Source of the DNA: an uncultured Pseudomonadales bacterium
GTDB lineage: Bacteria > Patescibacteriota > Microgenomatia > UBA1400 > CAYXSR01
Reading direction: 5' to 3'
Length of the DNA: 64,000 nt
Assembly: GCA_964467735.1 (NCBI GenBank)
Contig: CAYXSR010000002.1
Location: forward strand, 51,885-115,884
Positions within the stretch are counted from its first letter, which is position 1. Every line of letters starts with the position of its first letter. The position numbers and the translations under genes were made by a program. Positions 49,488 to 59,304 of the stretch are shown piece by piece. Under the pieces are notes generated by a model, which made no database searches, was not told where the DNA came from, and saw only the letters and a list, made by a program, of their open reading frames with translations.

Positions 49488-49976
49488 TCAAAATCCCATT
49501 TGTTTCTTGATCTTAATGTGTTTCTGATAATGCTCGGGTGGAACTAATTCCTTTAATTTAAATCTTTTGCTTATTCTATATAAAGTCGAATAAGATTTGA
49601 ATAGGATATTATTGGTATAAACATCAACTGTTAAATGAAAAATCAATGAGAGACTAATGGCTAATGCCACAATTTTCATTTCTTTTTCGTCAGATAGTAA
49701 AAAAATTAAAAGACTTACTACTGAATATTCCCAGCCATGAAAAGGGACAATAATCTTATCACTGATTAGAAAATGATAACCCTTTAAAAAATATTTAAAA
49801 TTTATCACTGAACCCATGGCGAAAACATAATCAAATAGATGATCAATGTCAATAAAAACCCCCACTATTACCGCTGGAATAAAACTAAGTATAAGATTTT
49901 TATATATTAAATAAACAATAAAACCTGCAAGCAAACTAAAGAAAAGATGAATGAAAAGATGGAGAAATAATCTCAT
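49488..49976 (-). CDS. Small polytopic membrane protein (possibly DUF457-type membrane-bound metal-dependent hydrolase)
   Basis: 162 aa, about 4 TM helices, His-rich short motifs (IDHLFDY, HGWEY, HLTVDVY). It has a 4-nt overlap with the upstream radical SAM gene. The family assignment is weak. Confidence 0.3.
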   Translation of the reverse strand: MRLFLHLFIHLFFSLLAGFIVYLIYKNLILSFIPAVIVGVFIDIDHLFDYVFAMGSVINFKYFLKGYHFLISDKIIVPFHGWEYSVVSLLIFLLSDEKEMKIVALAISLSLIFHLTVDVYTNNILFKSYSTLYRISKRFKLKELVPPEHYQKHIKIKKQMGF

Positions 49977-51451
49977 TTATTTTTTTTACTAAAATCACTC
50001 AATTTGCCGAAATATTTTAAAGCCATAATAAAATAAGTTTTTACATCTTCCCAGGATCTGATTGATAAAATTTTCCTGATAATAAATTCGGGAGTTATAA
50101 AACTACTATATAGTTTTTGAACCATTACTTTTAATTCTTTTTCGCCAACTGGGCTTTTCATAATCGCACTTCTCATATCATAGTCATCCCAGTCTTCGGT
50201 TAGCAACCATTTATTTTTTTTACAATCTTTAAAAAGCGGCGTTCCAGGATAAGGAATAACTATCGTTGCCTGCATAGAATCGGCATAACCTTTTTTGAAT
50301 AACTTTTTTGCCAGGTCTAGCGTCCTTTGCGTATCTTTTTTATTTTCCCAAGGATAACCAACCATAACTGTATAATGTGGCTCTAATCCTGCTTGTTTGG
50401 CTTTTTTTATTCCTTCCTTTATTTGTTTAACTTTTAAATTTTTATTAATTTTGTCTAATGTCTTTTGATTAGCTGACTCTAACCCATATAGAATAAATCT
50501 AAAACCTGCTTTTTTCATTAATTGGTAATCGCTTAAAGACAAGCCGCAATTAAAACGCATATTGCAATCAATAGTTACTTTTTTATTAAGACCACGTTTA
50601 ATCATCTTCCTGCAAAACTCTCTTAACCAATCACCAACTGGAAAAGTACCAGAATCATCCATAATTTCTTTTACTTTTAAATTCTCCACTAAGTGATTAA
50701 TTTCTTTTAAAACATTATCCACTGATCTTACCCGATATTTTTCGCCAGGAAAAAGGGTTGTCCATGAGCAAAAAGTACACTTTCCCCACCAACAATCTCT
50801 GCCTGCCATAATATAAGTTCCGGGATATTTTTTAAAATTTGAATTTTTATAGGCATAAAGCTGCCATTTTGTAAGTTTGCGGTCAATTATTGGAGTCTGG
50901 TTAAGATCATGCGCCAAATTAAATCTACCTGTCGATTTAATTTTCCCCTTCTTTTTCCAGTAAAATCCCGGCTCTAATTTCACCTTATCTTTGGTTTGTA
51001 AATATTTGGCCAAATTTAAAAGTAAAAAGTCAAAGTCACCTCCAGTTAAAATATAATCAACAGGAGAATTTTCAAGCGATTCTTTCGGCAATGCGGTTAC
51101 GTGATCACCCATTAAGACTATTTTCATCTTTCTGTTTGTCTTTTTTAAATCTTTTATTATCTGCCAATATCTTTTAACTACTGGAGTTTTAACCTCAAAA
51201 GCAATCAAATCGGGTTTAATTTTCTTAACACTGTTTAAAAATTGTCTGTATGTCTTTTTCTCAGCAATGTAATCCAGCCAATAAACTTTAAAACCGGCAT
51301 TCTTTAACATTGTTGCTGCGGTAGCTGGAACTACCGGATAAATGAAATAAGCTGTTTTTTTGTCAGTAAACCATTGAAACTGTCTGTTTTGTGATAATAA
51401 CGGCGTTCCTTTTTCTGACTCAAGAGGCGGATATGCAATAGCTATTTTCAT
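49973..51451 (-). CDS. B12-binding-domain radical SAM protein (class B-like)
   Basis: N-terminal Rossmann-like B12-binding region (KIAIAYPP...IAFEVKTP...KIVLMGDHVTALP). The radical SAM core has a cysteine triad at AGRDCWWGKCTFCSW, counted as C-X4-C-X2-C rather than the canonical C-X3-C-X2-C. Downstream TIM-barrel-like motifs are present (GLESANQKTLDKINK). Confidence 0.6.
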   Translation of the reverse strand: MKIAIAYPPLESEKGTPLLSQNRQFQWFTDKKTAYFIYPVVPATAATMLKNAGFKVYWLDYIAEKKTYRQFLNSVKKIKPDLIAFEVKTPVVKRYWQIIKDLKKTNRKMKIVLMGDHVTALPKESLENSPVDYILTGGDFDFLLLNLAKYLQTKDKVKLEPGFYWKKKGKIKSTGRFNLAHDLNQTPIIDRKLTKWQLYAYKNSNFKKYPGTYIMAGRDCWWGKCTFCSWTTLFPGEKYRVRSVDNVLKEINHLVENLKVKEIMDDSGTFPVGDWLREFCRKMIKRGLNKKVTIDCNMRFNCGLSLSDYQLMKKAGFRFILYGLESANQKTLDKINKNLKVKQIKEGIKKAKQAGLEPHYTVMVGYPWENKKDTQRTLDLAKKLFKKGYADSMQATIVIPYPGTPLFKDCKKNKWLLTEDWDDYDMRSAIMKSPVGEKELKVMVQKLYSSFITPEFIIRKILSIRSWEDVKTYFIMALKYFGKLSDFSKKNK

Positions 51452-51510
51452 AATCTTAAACTTTTATAACAAACTAAAATTATAATAACTTTTTAAGAAT
51501 AAAACCATAT

Positions 51511-52554
51511 TTAATAAAGTTTACTTGATAATAATCCTTTAATAAATCTTATTCCATAGTAAATATGGCTAACCAAAATTGTTGGTATTACAAACAAACC
51601 AACAATAATTTTTTTACTCTTTATTGTTACCCAAAATCCGGTAATTAAAAGAAGTAAAATATAAAAAGAAATTGTACAAAAATAAATAAGACTAAAAATA
51701 TGCGATAAAAGCTGAAGTTTTAAAAATCTTAAGAAAATAATAATAAACGGACTAAATAGTAAGCCCAAAGTAAATAATGACGGCAGAAAATAACCTAATC
51801 TTCTCGAGGTTTTAGGAAGTATTTTTACAAAAAATCCTCTATGAAAACCATACCTTCCTAATTGTTTAAGATGTTTTTTAAAAATTTTTCGACGGTGATG
51901 ATGGACGATAACTTTTGGGTCATAAATTATCTTTTTTCTTAACTTATAAACAATATCGTGGCACAACTTAGTATCTTCACCAGGATAAAAACGAGAATTA
52001 AAACCACCCAACTTTTCAAAATCTTTTTTTCTAATAAGTAAGTTAAATGTCGGATAGTCATCTACTAGTTGTTTTTTTCCCGGAAAACAACGGTAAGTTC
52101 CTGCTCCCCCTGCTCCTAACCAAGAACTCCACATCCATCCGGATACTTGCTGTTGCCAACAATTATTTCTTGGTGTTAATCCGGGACCGCCAACGGCAGC
52201 AATTTTCAGATCATTAAAATTTAGCAATGCATTTTCAAGCCACTGACGGTCTGGATATGCATCATCATCGATAAAGGCTAAAATTTCTCCTTTTGCCAGA
52301 TTTGCACCTAAATCTCTTTTTTTTGCCGGCCCTTTTTCATTTGTCCTTATAATCCTTAAAGAATATTTATATTTTTTATTTAATTTTTTATCCCTTTCGC
52401 TCAATTCATCAACTACAATTATTACTTCAAATTCTTTATAAGTTTGCTTTGCTAAGCTAGGAAGTAACTCTTTGCTAATATAATCATTAATTTTAAGTAC
52501 CGGGACAATAACCGAAAACATTCTTCTTTTATTTAACTTTTGTTTTTTTTGCAT
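51511..52554 (-). CDS. Glycosyltransferase family 2 with C-terminal transmembrane domain
   Basis: FSVIVPVLKINDYISKELLPSLAKQTYKEFEVIIVVDE...AFIDDDAYP, followed by about 4 TM helices. Confidence 0.65.
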   Translation of the reverse strand: MQKKQKLNKRRMFSVIVPVLKINDYISKELLPSLAKQTYKEFEVIIVVDELSERDKKLNKKYKYSLRIIRTNEKGPAKKRDLGANLAKGEILAFIDDDAYPDRQWLENALLNFNDLKIAAVGGPGLTPRNNCWQQQVSGWMWSSWLGAGGAGTYRCFPGKKQLVDDYPTFNLLIRKKDFEKLGGFNSRFYPGEDTKLCHDIVYKLRKKIIYDPKVIVHHHRRKIFKKHLKQLGRYGFHRGFFVKILPKTSRRLGYFLPSLFTLGLLFSPFIIIFLRFLKLQLLSHIFSLIYFCTISFYILLLLITGFWVTIKSKKIIVGLFVIPTILVSHIYYGIRFIKGLLSSKLY

Positions 52555-53287
52555 AATAATTAAGGATTCTTAACCGATAAAAGACTGCTAAAGTATCCCA
52601 AAGCATTAAAAATATAGCTTTGTAAGTAGCGGCACTAGTTAAACCACCAAACTGGAATTCCAATCTTATTGGGGCGTCATAAATCCTTTTATATCCGAAT
52701 GATCTAGCTACTGCTAGCATCTCGATATCAAAAGCATATTTCTTAACTAACAATACCGGCAGAATCTTTTTTAGTACTGGTTTTTTAAAAACTTTAATTC
52801 CTGCCTGAGTATCTGTTACTTTAACGCCAAATAAAATTTTGACAATATTATAATACCCCCAGCTTAGAATCTTTCTAATCAGGGGGTACTCAACCTGGGA
52901 AACCGGATGCCTTTTTGAACCAACAATTATATCAGCATCATACCAAATCAAGTGTTGTAAAAGCATAGAAATCCCAATCGGGTCGATTTCCAAACCCGCA
53001 TCTATAAAAGAAACATAATCTCCTTTTGATTTTTTCATTCCAAATCTAATTGCATACCCTTTCCCTTGATTCTTTTTATATGAATAAACTCTAATTTTAC
53101 TTGAGGCCGCTTTTTTTGCATTTTTATATGAGTTATCAATTCTCCCATCGACAACTACCACTATTTCGTAGTTCCATCCTGACTGATCAAGTGTTTTTTT
53201 AATCCTTAAAAGATCTTTTTTAATTGTTTTTCCTTGTTTATAAACAGGAATAATGACTGAAAGCAAAAAGTTATCTAAGTTTCTCAT
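52529..53287 (-). CDS. Polyprenol-monophosphate glycosyltransferase (Dpm1/GtrB/ArnC-like GT2)
   Basis: LSVIIPVYKQGKTIKKDL...YEIVVVVDGRIDNS...KNQGKGYAIRFGMKKSKGDYVSFIDAGLEIDP...DADIIVGSKR (DxD...GSR architecture of the Dpm1 family). Confidence 0.6.
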   Translation of the reverse strand: MRNLDNFLLSVIIPVYKQGKTIKKDLLRIKKTLDQSGWNYEIVVVVDGRIDNSYKNAKKAASSKIRVYSYKKNQGKGYAIRFGMKKSKGDYVSFIDAGLEIDPIGISMLLQHLIWYDADIIVGSKRHPVSQVEYPLIRKILSWGYYNIVKILFGVKVTDTQAGIKVFKKPVLKKILPVLLVKKYAFDIEMLAVARSFGYKRIYDAPIRLEFQFGGLTSAATYKAIFLMLWDTLAVFYRLRILNYYAKKTKVK

Positions 53288-54563
53288 TATTAAAATTAGA
53301 ATATATTAAAAGACTAATAACTAGTATAGCAGTTGCGCTAGTTGAGCTAATAATAATTTGATAAATATCTTGATGAAATAATTTTATCAGTAATATTTGA
53401 ACAAGAGCGGCTCCTAAAGGAAAATATCCGATTAGCTTATCTTCAAGGGCCATATAAAAACTGGTTAAAACATTTGCTAAGCTATAAAAAGAAATAAAAA
53501 TTGAAAAAATTCCAAGATAACGAGCCGCCGCTAAATACTTTTTGCCGTACAACATAAATAAAATAGTTTTAGGAAAAGTAAAATAAAGCAAGGCCAAAAA
53601 TAAACAAACCAGCAGGATAAATCCTAAAGTCAAATACAGCGGCTTTCTGTAGTTTGTATTCTCTTCTTTTTTCTTGATTGTCAAAGGCATCATTACTGTT
53701 AAAATTGGAGAAGAAGCAAAAAAGATTACTTTGCCAAGAACCGAAGCACTTGAATACAAACCAGCATCAAAACTAGATAAGTAATGCTTCGTTAAAACTA
53801 TATCAGAAGTATACAGGCTTGTCATTCCTAAAACAGCTAAGAAGACTGGCAGTGAATTTATCCAGAAACCCTTAATGTTTATTTCCTTTATTTCTCCATC
53901 CTTATCCCCTTCTCTGTTTTTTAAAACAAAAGGAATAAAACTTATTGTTAGGATTATTGCACCTGATAAAATTATTGCTCCCAATATTTTTCCAATTGAA
54001 ATACCAACTAAAGTTAGCAAAAATACAAAAACAATCTTTAAAATCCCTCCACCAACACTTATGCCGGCTAAAAATTTGAAGTTCATCAGTGCTTGGGTAA
54101 AGGCAAGGTTTGGAATATTAATAAAGGCCACAAAACTGACAAAAGCGGCAAGGATAATAAAGTTGGGGTTATCAATCTTTAAAAATGTTGCCAGTGGTCT
54201 ACTTAAAATATAACAAACCAGGTTTATAAACATTCCCAATATAAATACTTGCCAATAGGATTTTTTAAAGAAACTAATTGCCTCTGCCTTTTTTTTTCTA
54301 GACCATAATTTAGCTATTTCTCTCATTATCGTTGTTAGGATTACTGTTGAAAAAATACCAGTAAAGTAAGTCAAAGAGATAAGACTTGTTAGCACTGCAT
54401 AGTCTTTGGGTCCTAAAACTCTACCTGTTATCAGGTGAAAAAGATAATTTGTGACATTGCCTAAAAAATTACCAGCGGTCAGAATAAAACTGCCGGCAAA
54501 TAGTGGATGTTTTATAATCCTCTTAATTTTATCTCTCATAAATTTATGATACCCACCAACCAC
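53271..54563 (-). CDS. Wzx-like flippase (MOP superfamily polysaccharide biosynthesis protein)
   Basis: 430 aa, about 12 TM helices. N-terminal SFILTAGNFLGNVTNYLFHLITGRVLGPKDYAVLTSLISL resembles the Polysacc_synt N-terminus. Confidence 0.55.
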   Translation of the reverse strand: MVGGYHKFMRDKIKRIIKHPLFAGSFILTAGNFLGNVTNYLFHLITGRVLGPKDYAVLTSLISLTYFTGIFSTVILTTIMREIAKLWSRKKKAEAISFFKKSYWQVFILGMFINLVCYILSRPLATFLKIDNPNFIILAAFVSFVAFINIPNLAFTQALMNFKFLAGISVGGGILKIVFVFLLTLVGISIGKILGAIILSGAIILTISFIPFVLKNREGDKDGEIKEINIKGFWINSLPVFLAVLGMTSLYTSDIVLTKHYLSSFDAGLYSSASVLGKVIFFASSPILTVMMPLTIKKKEENTNYRKPLYLTLGFILLVCLFLALLYFTFPKTILFMLYGKKYLAAARYLGIFSIFISFYSLANVLTSFYMALEDKLIGYFPLGAALVQILLIKLFHQDIYQIIISSTSATAILVISLLIYSNFNNEKLR

Positions 54564-55620
54564 GAGTAAATAGGGCGGTTAAAATAATTGAAAGCAGCAA
54601 ACTTAGAACAACTACCGTGTTGTAAATTTTATTATTTTTAATACAACCAATTAAAATAAAAACACTAAAAGCCGGAAGCACATATCTTGGTATAGAAGAA
54701 AAAGTTCCGGTTAAAGTGGGTAAGATAATTATTAATATTGAAAATAATCCATAAGATTTCCTAACCTTAAAGTATGAAATAATGGCTAAATACAAGAATG
54801 AAATCGCCATAACAAATTCTAAAATCGCAATCCAAAAATCATAACTTTTAACCGGAACAGTGAAAAAGATCTTCAGATAACGCCAAATAACTTGATAAAT
54901 AAGGACTAATCTACCACCAGATCGATTGGCTCCAAAGGCTGGCTGAGCATGAAAGAAAAATAAAGGATCCTGTACGTTTTTCCAAAGATAAGACATATAA
55001 GAAAAAAGTCCTAATGGAATAAGTATTAACCAAGAAAGGTCTTTAAGGTATCTCTTTTTTTTAATTTGTTCTTTCCATTCTATAATTAAAGCCAATAGTA
55101 AAATTATTCCTATTAGTCTTGTAGCACTCGCCAAGCAACCAAGAACACCAGCTAACCACCATTTTTTCTTTCTTACCGCATAAAAACTTCCCAATATCAA
55201 TGCTAAAAACAATGATTCTGTATACACTGAAGCAAAGAAAAATGAGGTAGGAAAGATTAACAATAAAAGTAGACTTCTTTTTGCAACCTTTTTGTTGAAA
55301 TCAAGCCTTACCAACTTAAATAGTAAAACAAGACTAATGAAGAATGAAAAATAAGAGATAACAAAAGCGCTTAATAAAAAATTATGACCTAAGAAAAATG
55401 ATAGTTTTTTTATTAACCACGGATATAAAGGGAAAAAGGCCTGCTCATATTGAACATAACTTATCTTTGCAATTGATAAATAATGCAGGCCGTCAAAATT
55501 GGCCCAGACTGATGGCCCTAAAAATCCCAAACGTTGGGGAATAAATCTTTTTGCTAACAAGGAGATTATTTCTAAAAAAATTCTCCAAAATGTTAAACTA
55601 GCAATAATAAACCAATGCAT
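54544..55620 (-). CDS. GT-C-like membrane mannosyltransferase-family protein (PIG-V/GT87-like)
   Basis: VWANFDGLHYLSIAKISYVQYEQAFFPLYPWLIK resembles the W..wDg.hYl.IA..GY...FfPlyP signature of PIG-V-type mannosyltransferases; about 9 TM helices. Confidence 0.45.
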   Translation of the reverse strand: MHWFIIASLTFWRIFLEIISLLAKRFIPQRLGFLGPSVWANFDGLHYLSIAKISYVQYEQAFFPLYPWLIKKLSFFLGHNFLLSAFVISYFSFFISLVLLFKLVRLDFNKKVAKRSLLLLLIFPTSFFFASVYTESLFLALILGSFYAVRKKKWWLAGVLGCLASATRLIGIILLLALIIEWKEQIKKKRYLKDLSWLILIPLGLFSYMSYLWKNVQDPLFFFHAQPAFGANRSGGRLVLIYQVIWRYLKIFFTVPVKSYDFWIAILEFVMAISFLYLAIISYFKVRKSYGLFSILIIILPTLTGTFSSIPRYVLPAFSVFILIGCIKNNKIYNTVVVLSLLLSIILTALFTRGWWVS

Positions 55621-55628
55621 TTTAACGA

Positions 55629-56675
55629 TTAAAACTTTAATACTTTTTTATAAATATCTAGAGTAGCAGTAGCCGTCTTATCCCAGGAAAATTTATCTGC
55701 TTGTACTTTTCCTCTTTTAATAAGTTTCTCCCTAATTTTTGTATCACCAATCACCTTTATAATATTTTTTTCCATATCTTGCAAGTTGTAAGGATTAAAG
55801 TAGACAACTGCCTCACCTCCTACTTCTTTTAGAGAAGTAGCATTGCTGCAAACTACTGGACAACCAAGATTCATCGCTTCAAGAACCGGCAGACCAAACC
55901 CCTCATAATATGATGGCTGACAATAAACGGTTGCTAGTTTATAAATTGCGGCCAAATCTTCGTTTGACACAAAACCAAGTAACTGGATTTTTTTATTTTC
56001 CCTTGCTATCTGCTGAAGCCTTAGAAGAGTTTTATTTTCCGGATGCTCTGGATCAAAATCCTTATCTGCAGCTTGTTTACCGACAATCACTAGATTTAGC
56101 TTATTCTTTTCACATACCTTGATCAATGAAATTAGATTTTTGTTCCAGTTCACATCTCCAACATATAGAATAAATTGAGTTGGAAGTTGATATTTTTTTC
56201 TAAAACTTAACAATTTATTTCGAGGAATTTTCTTATTTGCAATAGAAGAACTTAAATAAATCGGATATATTTTATCCTCACTTACTCCTAAATAATCTAT
56301 TATATCTTTTTTAGAGTTTTTAGAATCCGTTATTACTGCTTTAGCTCCCCTTAAGGATAGCTTTTGCATTTGCAGTCTTATAAAACCTTTAATTCCTTTA
56401 GGGAATTCTTCGGGAAAAATTAAAGGAATTACGTCGTGGATTGTAACCACAACAGGTTTATTTTTATAAAAAGGAAGTGTCTGCCAAAAAAATTCAAAGT
56501 AAGGATAATGTATAACATCTGTGTCTTTGGGAAAGTTTCCGTCATCAACTACAAAAATCAACAAATCTTTATCTCTTCTCTCCTGTAAATGTTTAATTAA
56601 ATTATCTGTATAAACTCCAATTCCCCTGAATTTATGGTTTTTGTAAAGCCTTGGCAAGCTAATTGCAACTTTCAT
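55629..56675 (-). CDS. Glycosyltransferase family 4 (GT-B)
   Basis: YVGDVNWNKNLISLIKV...YYEGFGLPVLEAMNLGCPVVCSNATSLKEV. Confidence 0.75.
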   Translation of the reverse strand: MKVAISLPRLYKNHKFRGIGVYTDNLIKHLQERRDKDLLIFVVDDGNFPKDTDVIHYPYFEFFWQTLPFYKNKPVVVTIHDVIPLIFPEEFPKGIKGFIRLQMQKLSLRGAKAVITDSKNSKKDIIDYLGVSEDKIYPIYLSSSIANKKIPRNKLLSFRKKYQLPTQFILYVGDVNWNKNLISLIKVCEKNKLNLVIVGKQAADKDFDPEHPENKTLLRLQQIARENKKIQLLGFVSNEDLAAIYKLATVYCQPSYYEGFGLPVLEAMNLGCPVVCSNATSLKEVGGEAVVYFNPYNLQDMEKNIIKVIGDTKIREKLIKRGKVQADKFSWDKTATATLDIYKKVLKF

Positions 56676-56698
56676 ATTTTTATATTGGATATTTTAGA

Positions 56699-57847
56699 CT
56701 ATTTTTTCGTTCTTTTTTTAAACTTAATTCTAAAATTTGCTAGAAATTCTTTTATCCCCCATAATCCTAAAACATAAGTAAAAGGCAGTAGCGGCAGTAA
56801 ATAGCGCGCATTTGCCTGGTTTAAAGATAAAAATAATAAATAATTAAAAATCCAGATCATAACTACTTCTGCTGGCATATTTTTTTGAATTTTTTTAAAT
56901 AAATAAGCTGTAATTGTTAGTAAACTTATTCCTGTACCTAGGGGCCAAAACAGTTGCCAAGTGACTTCTTTAACAACCTCGCTATCCCCCCACCATGTTT
57001 GCCACTGATTTAAAAATATTAACTTCCAGACCGTAAAAGGATAAATAGACTTACTCTTATGATAAGCAAATAACCATTTTTGAATTCTTAAAACGTCTAG
57101 AGGATTTTTGCCTTCTTTAAAAATAGCAATGTAGCTTAATATCAGTATTAATAATGAAAAAGTCAATGAATATAAAAGAAACTTTAATGATTTTATATCT
57201 TTTTTCATTATTAAAAGAAGAATGAAGGCAAAAAGAAGAATTAATCCTGTTATGAAAAACTTAACTCCAAATATAACTCCTATAAAAATACTGACAAGAA
57301 TAAAAAAGGCAATTTTTTTCTTCTGAAGCGCTTTGATAAAAAAAAGAATCGATAACGAAATAAAGGTAAGCTGGATAATGTCTAGAAGTGGAGTATTCTC
57401 AAACTGACGTAAAAATAGCTTTTCAAAAGAAAGAACAAGTATTGGCAATAAAGCAAATAAATTATCTCGCATTATCTTTTTGCCGATAAAAAATAAAGAC
57501 AACAGAAACACCAAACCAAAGATAATAATTGCAATGTTTTCATTATTAAATAACAAAACAGAAAGAGAAAGAAAATACTTTCCTAAAGGAGGCTGTGTGC
57601 TCTGAATAACTGTTGGATTTGCGCCTTTTAAGTACTCGCCAGCCGCATAGGAATAAAGTATTTCATCCGGAACCCACCCGACTGGATTTTTTATAGCATA
57701 CTGCGAATTCCAATATGAAGTTTTATAAAACTCAAATCTGTCCCAATATTTATACAAATATCTATCTTTAAAGGAATATATATATTTCCCAAAATTAAAA
57801 AAACAGATAATTAGTATAATAAGAAATATAACACCCTTTAGCTTCAT
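56699..57847 (-). CDS. ArnT/PMT-family GT-C membrane glycosyltransferase (short form)
   Basis: First loop GWVPDEILYSYAAGEYLKGANPTVIQSTQPPLGKYFLSL matches the DE..Y...A...(K)PPL.Y loop of GT83/GT39 enzymes; 382 aa with about 9 TM helices. Confidence 0.5.
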   Translation of the reverse strand: MKLKGVIFLIILIICFFNFGKYIYSFKDRYLYKYWDRFEFYKTSYWNSQYAIKNPVGWVPDEILYSYAAGEYLKGANPTVIQSTQPPLGKYFLSLSVLLFNNENIAIIIFGLVFLLSLFFIGKKIMRDNLFALLPILVLSFEKLFLRQFENTPLLDIIQLTFISLSILFFIKALQKKKIAFFILVSIFIGVIFGVKFFITGLILLFAFILLLIMKKDIKSLKFLLYSLTFSLLILILSYIAIFKEGKNPLDVLRIQKWLFAYHKSKSIYPFTVWKLIFLNQWQTWWGDSEVVKEVTWQLFWPLGTGISLLTITAYLFKKIQKNMPAEVVMIWIFNYLLFLSLNQANARYLLPLLPFTYVLGLWGIKEFLANFRIKFKKRTKK

Positions 57848-59304
57848 GGTTTTTCCCTATACCACCACTTAACATAATTATCATAAATTGCTTGAGGTCT
57901 GGCAGCAACCCAACCTACAGATTCCAGATTTTCCCTATCTGAAGATAAATCTACAAACATTCCTGCCTTGAGCTGATCTTCTTTATTTTTGAAATCACAA
58001 TTCTTGGAATATATTCCTAGAATTTTATCCGAACCTTTATCATAAATTTTCTTTACTATAAAGGAAAGCAGCACCGAATCTTTATTATTATCTAAGTCTT
58101 TTTCACAGTAATAAAGATCTATTTGTTCATAACCTTCACTTTTTAATTCGCTAATGATCTTTTTTAATTCTACAGCCGAAAAATCTCTATCTGTTAAAAG
58201 AGATTGATTTAATGAATTTTTGGTAATAAAAAGCCATATAGGAATAAATATAATAATTAAAGCAAAAAGGTGTTTCTTGGAAATTAGTTTAAAAAATTCA
58301 TAGAATAATAAACCTACATAAATAAAAACAAAAGGACTAAAAAATTGCATCCAACCAAAATACCTTTCCCCTCTCCAATATCTAATTATGACTACCTGAA
58401 TGCCAAAATTAATTGTTAATAGCAATAAACTCTTGTTTATTCTTTTTCTAATTAAGTAGTTTAATATTAAAAAGACAGACAAAAACATTAAGATTAATGA
58501 CAAAAATTTGCTTCCCCCTAAAAAGAATTGCCACACTTTTGGAAAGAAATCAAAAACAAATGTTAACCAGCGCATACTTGTCCATAGTTGGTATTGTGTA
58601 TGAAATAAAAAATCATAAACCCCTCTTAAATTAAACCAATGATTGTTCAAATCAAAAGCCAACATGGGTAAACCAGAAATAAATAAACCTAGAAATGGCC
58701 AAATAATTTCTTTGATACCTTTAATAATTAAAAACAGTAACAGTAAAGTTAATAAACCGGCTCCTTGATAATGAGTAAACAATGTTATACCTATTAACCA
58801 TCCAAATATTATATATATTAGTTTATTCTCTTCTCCTTTTATTATCTTTACAAAAAATAAAATTACTAATGATGTTAGAAAAACAACTAACGAAGGATTT
58901 GTTAAAACCAAACTATTGTCTATAGAATTGGGAGAAATCGTAGTTAAAAACCCCAGAATCAAACCAAGGTTCTGATCTTGCAAGATTCCTCCTATCTTAT
59001 ACATTAAAAAAACCGTCAGCAGTGAAGCAATTCCAACTCCAATCCAGGGAGCGTAGACTGAGGGAATTAAAAGTTGAGATACAATTAAATAATACCAGTA
59101 CCACGGACCAATAGTTAAAGGACCAATAGAGGCCCAAGGTCCAGTTAATGGAAGTTGAAGATCCTTACTTGCTACTTTACTTACAATAAAATCCCTTGCA
59201 CTTTCCCATCCATAACTGACTCTTTGATTATAATGATGAAACCTAAGATAAGCACCAAAAATTAAGAAAATAACCAAAACAACCGTATATTTATTGAACT
59301 TCAT
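57844..59304 (-). CDS. Polytopic GT-C-like membrane glycosyltransferase
   Basis: 486 aa, about 12 TM helices. The N-terminal loop YGWESARDFIVSK is similar to the loop of 6652..8079, and there is a C-terminal soluble domain. Confidence 0.45.
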   Translation of the reverse strand: MKFNKYTVVLVIFLIFGAYLRFHHYNQRVSYGWESARDFIVSKVASKDLQLPLTGPWASIGPLTIGPWYWYYLIVSQLLIPSVYAPWIGVGIASLLTVFLMYKIGGILQDQNLGLILGFLTTISPNSIDNSLVLTNPSLVVFLTSLVILFFVKIIKGEENKLIYIIFGWLIGITLFTHYQGAGLLTLLLLFLIIKGIKEIIWPFLGLFISGLPMLAFDLNNHWFNLRGVYDFLFHTQYQLWTSMRWLTFVFDFFPKVWQFFLGGSKFLSLILMFLSVFLILNYLIRKRINKSLLLLTINFGIQVVIIRYWRGERYFGWMQFFSPFVFIYVGLLFYEFFKLISKKHLFALIIIFIPIWLFITKNSLNQSLLTDRDFSAVELKKIISELKSEGYEQIDLYYCEKDLDNNKDSVLLSFIVKKIYDKGSDKILGIYSKNCDFKNKEDQLKAGMFVDLSSDRENLESVGWVAARPQAIYDNYVKWWYREKP

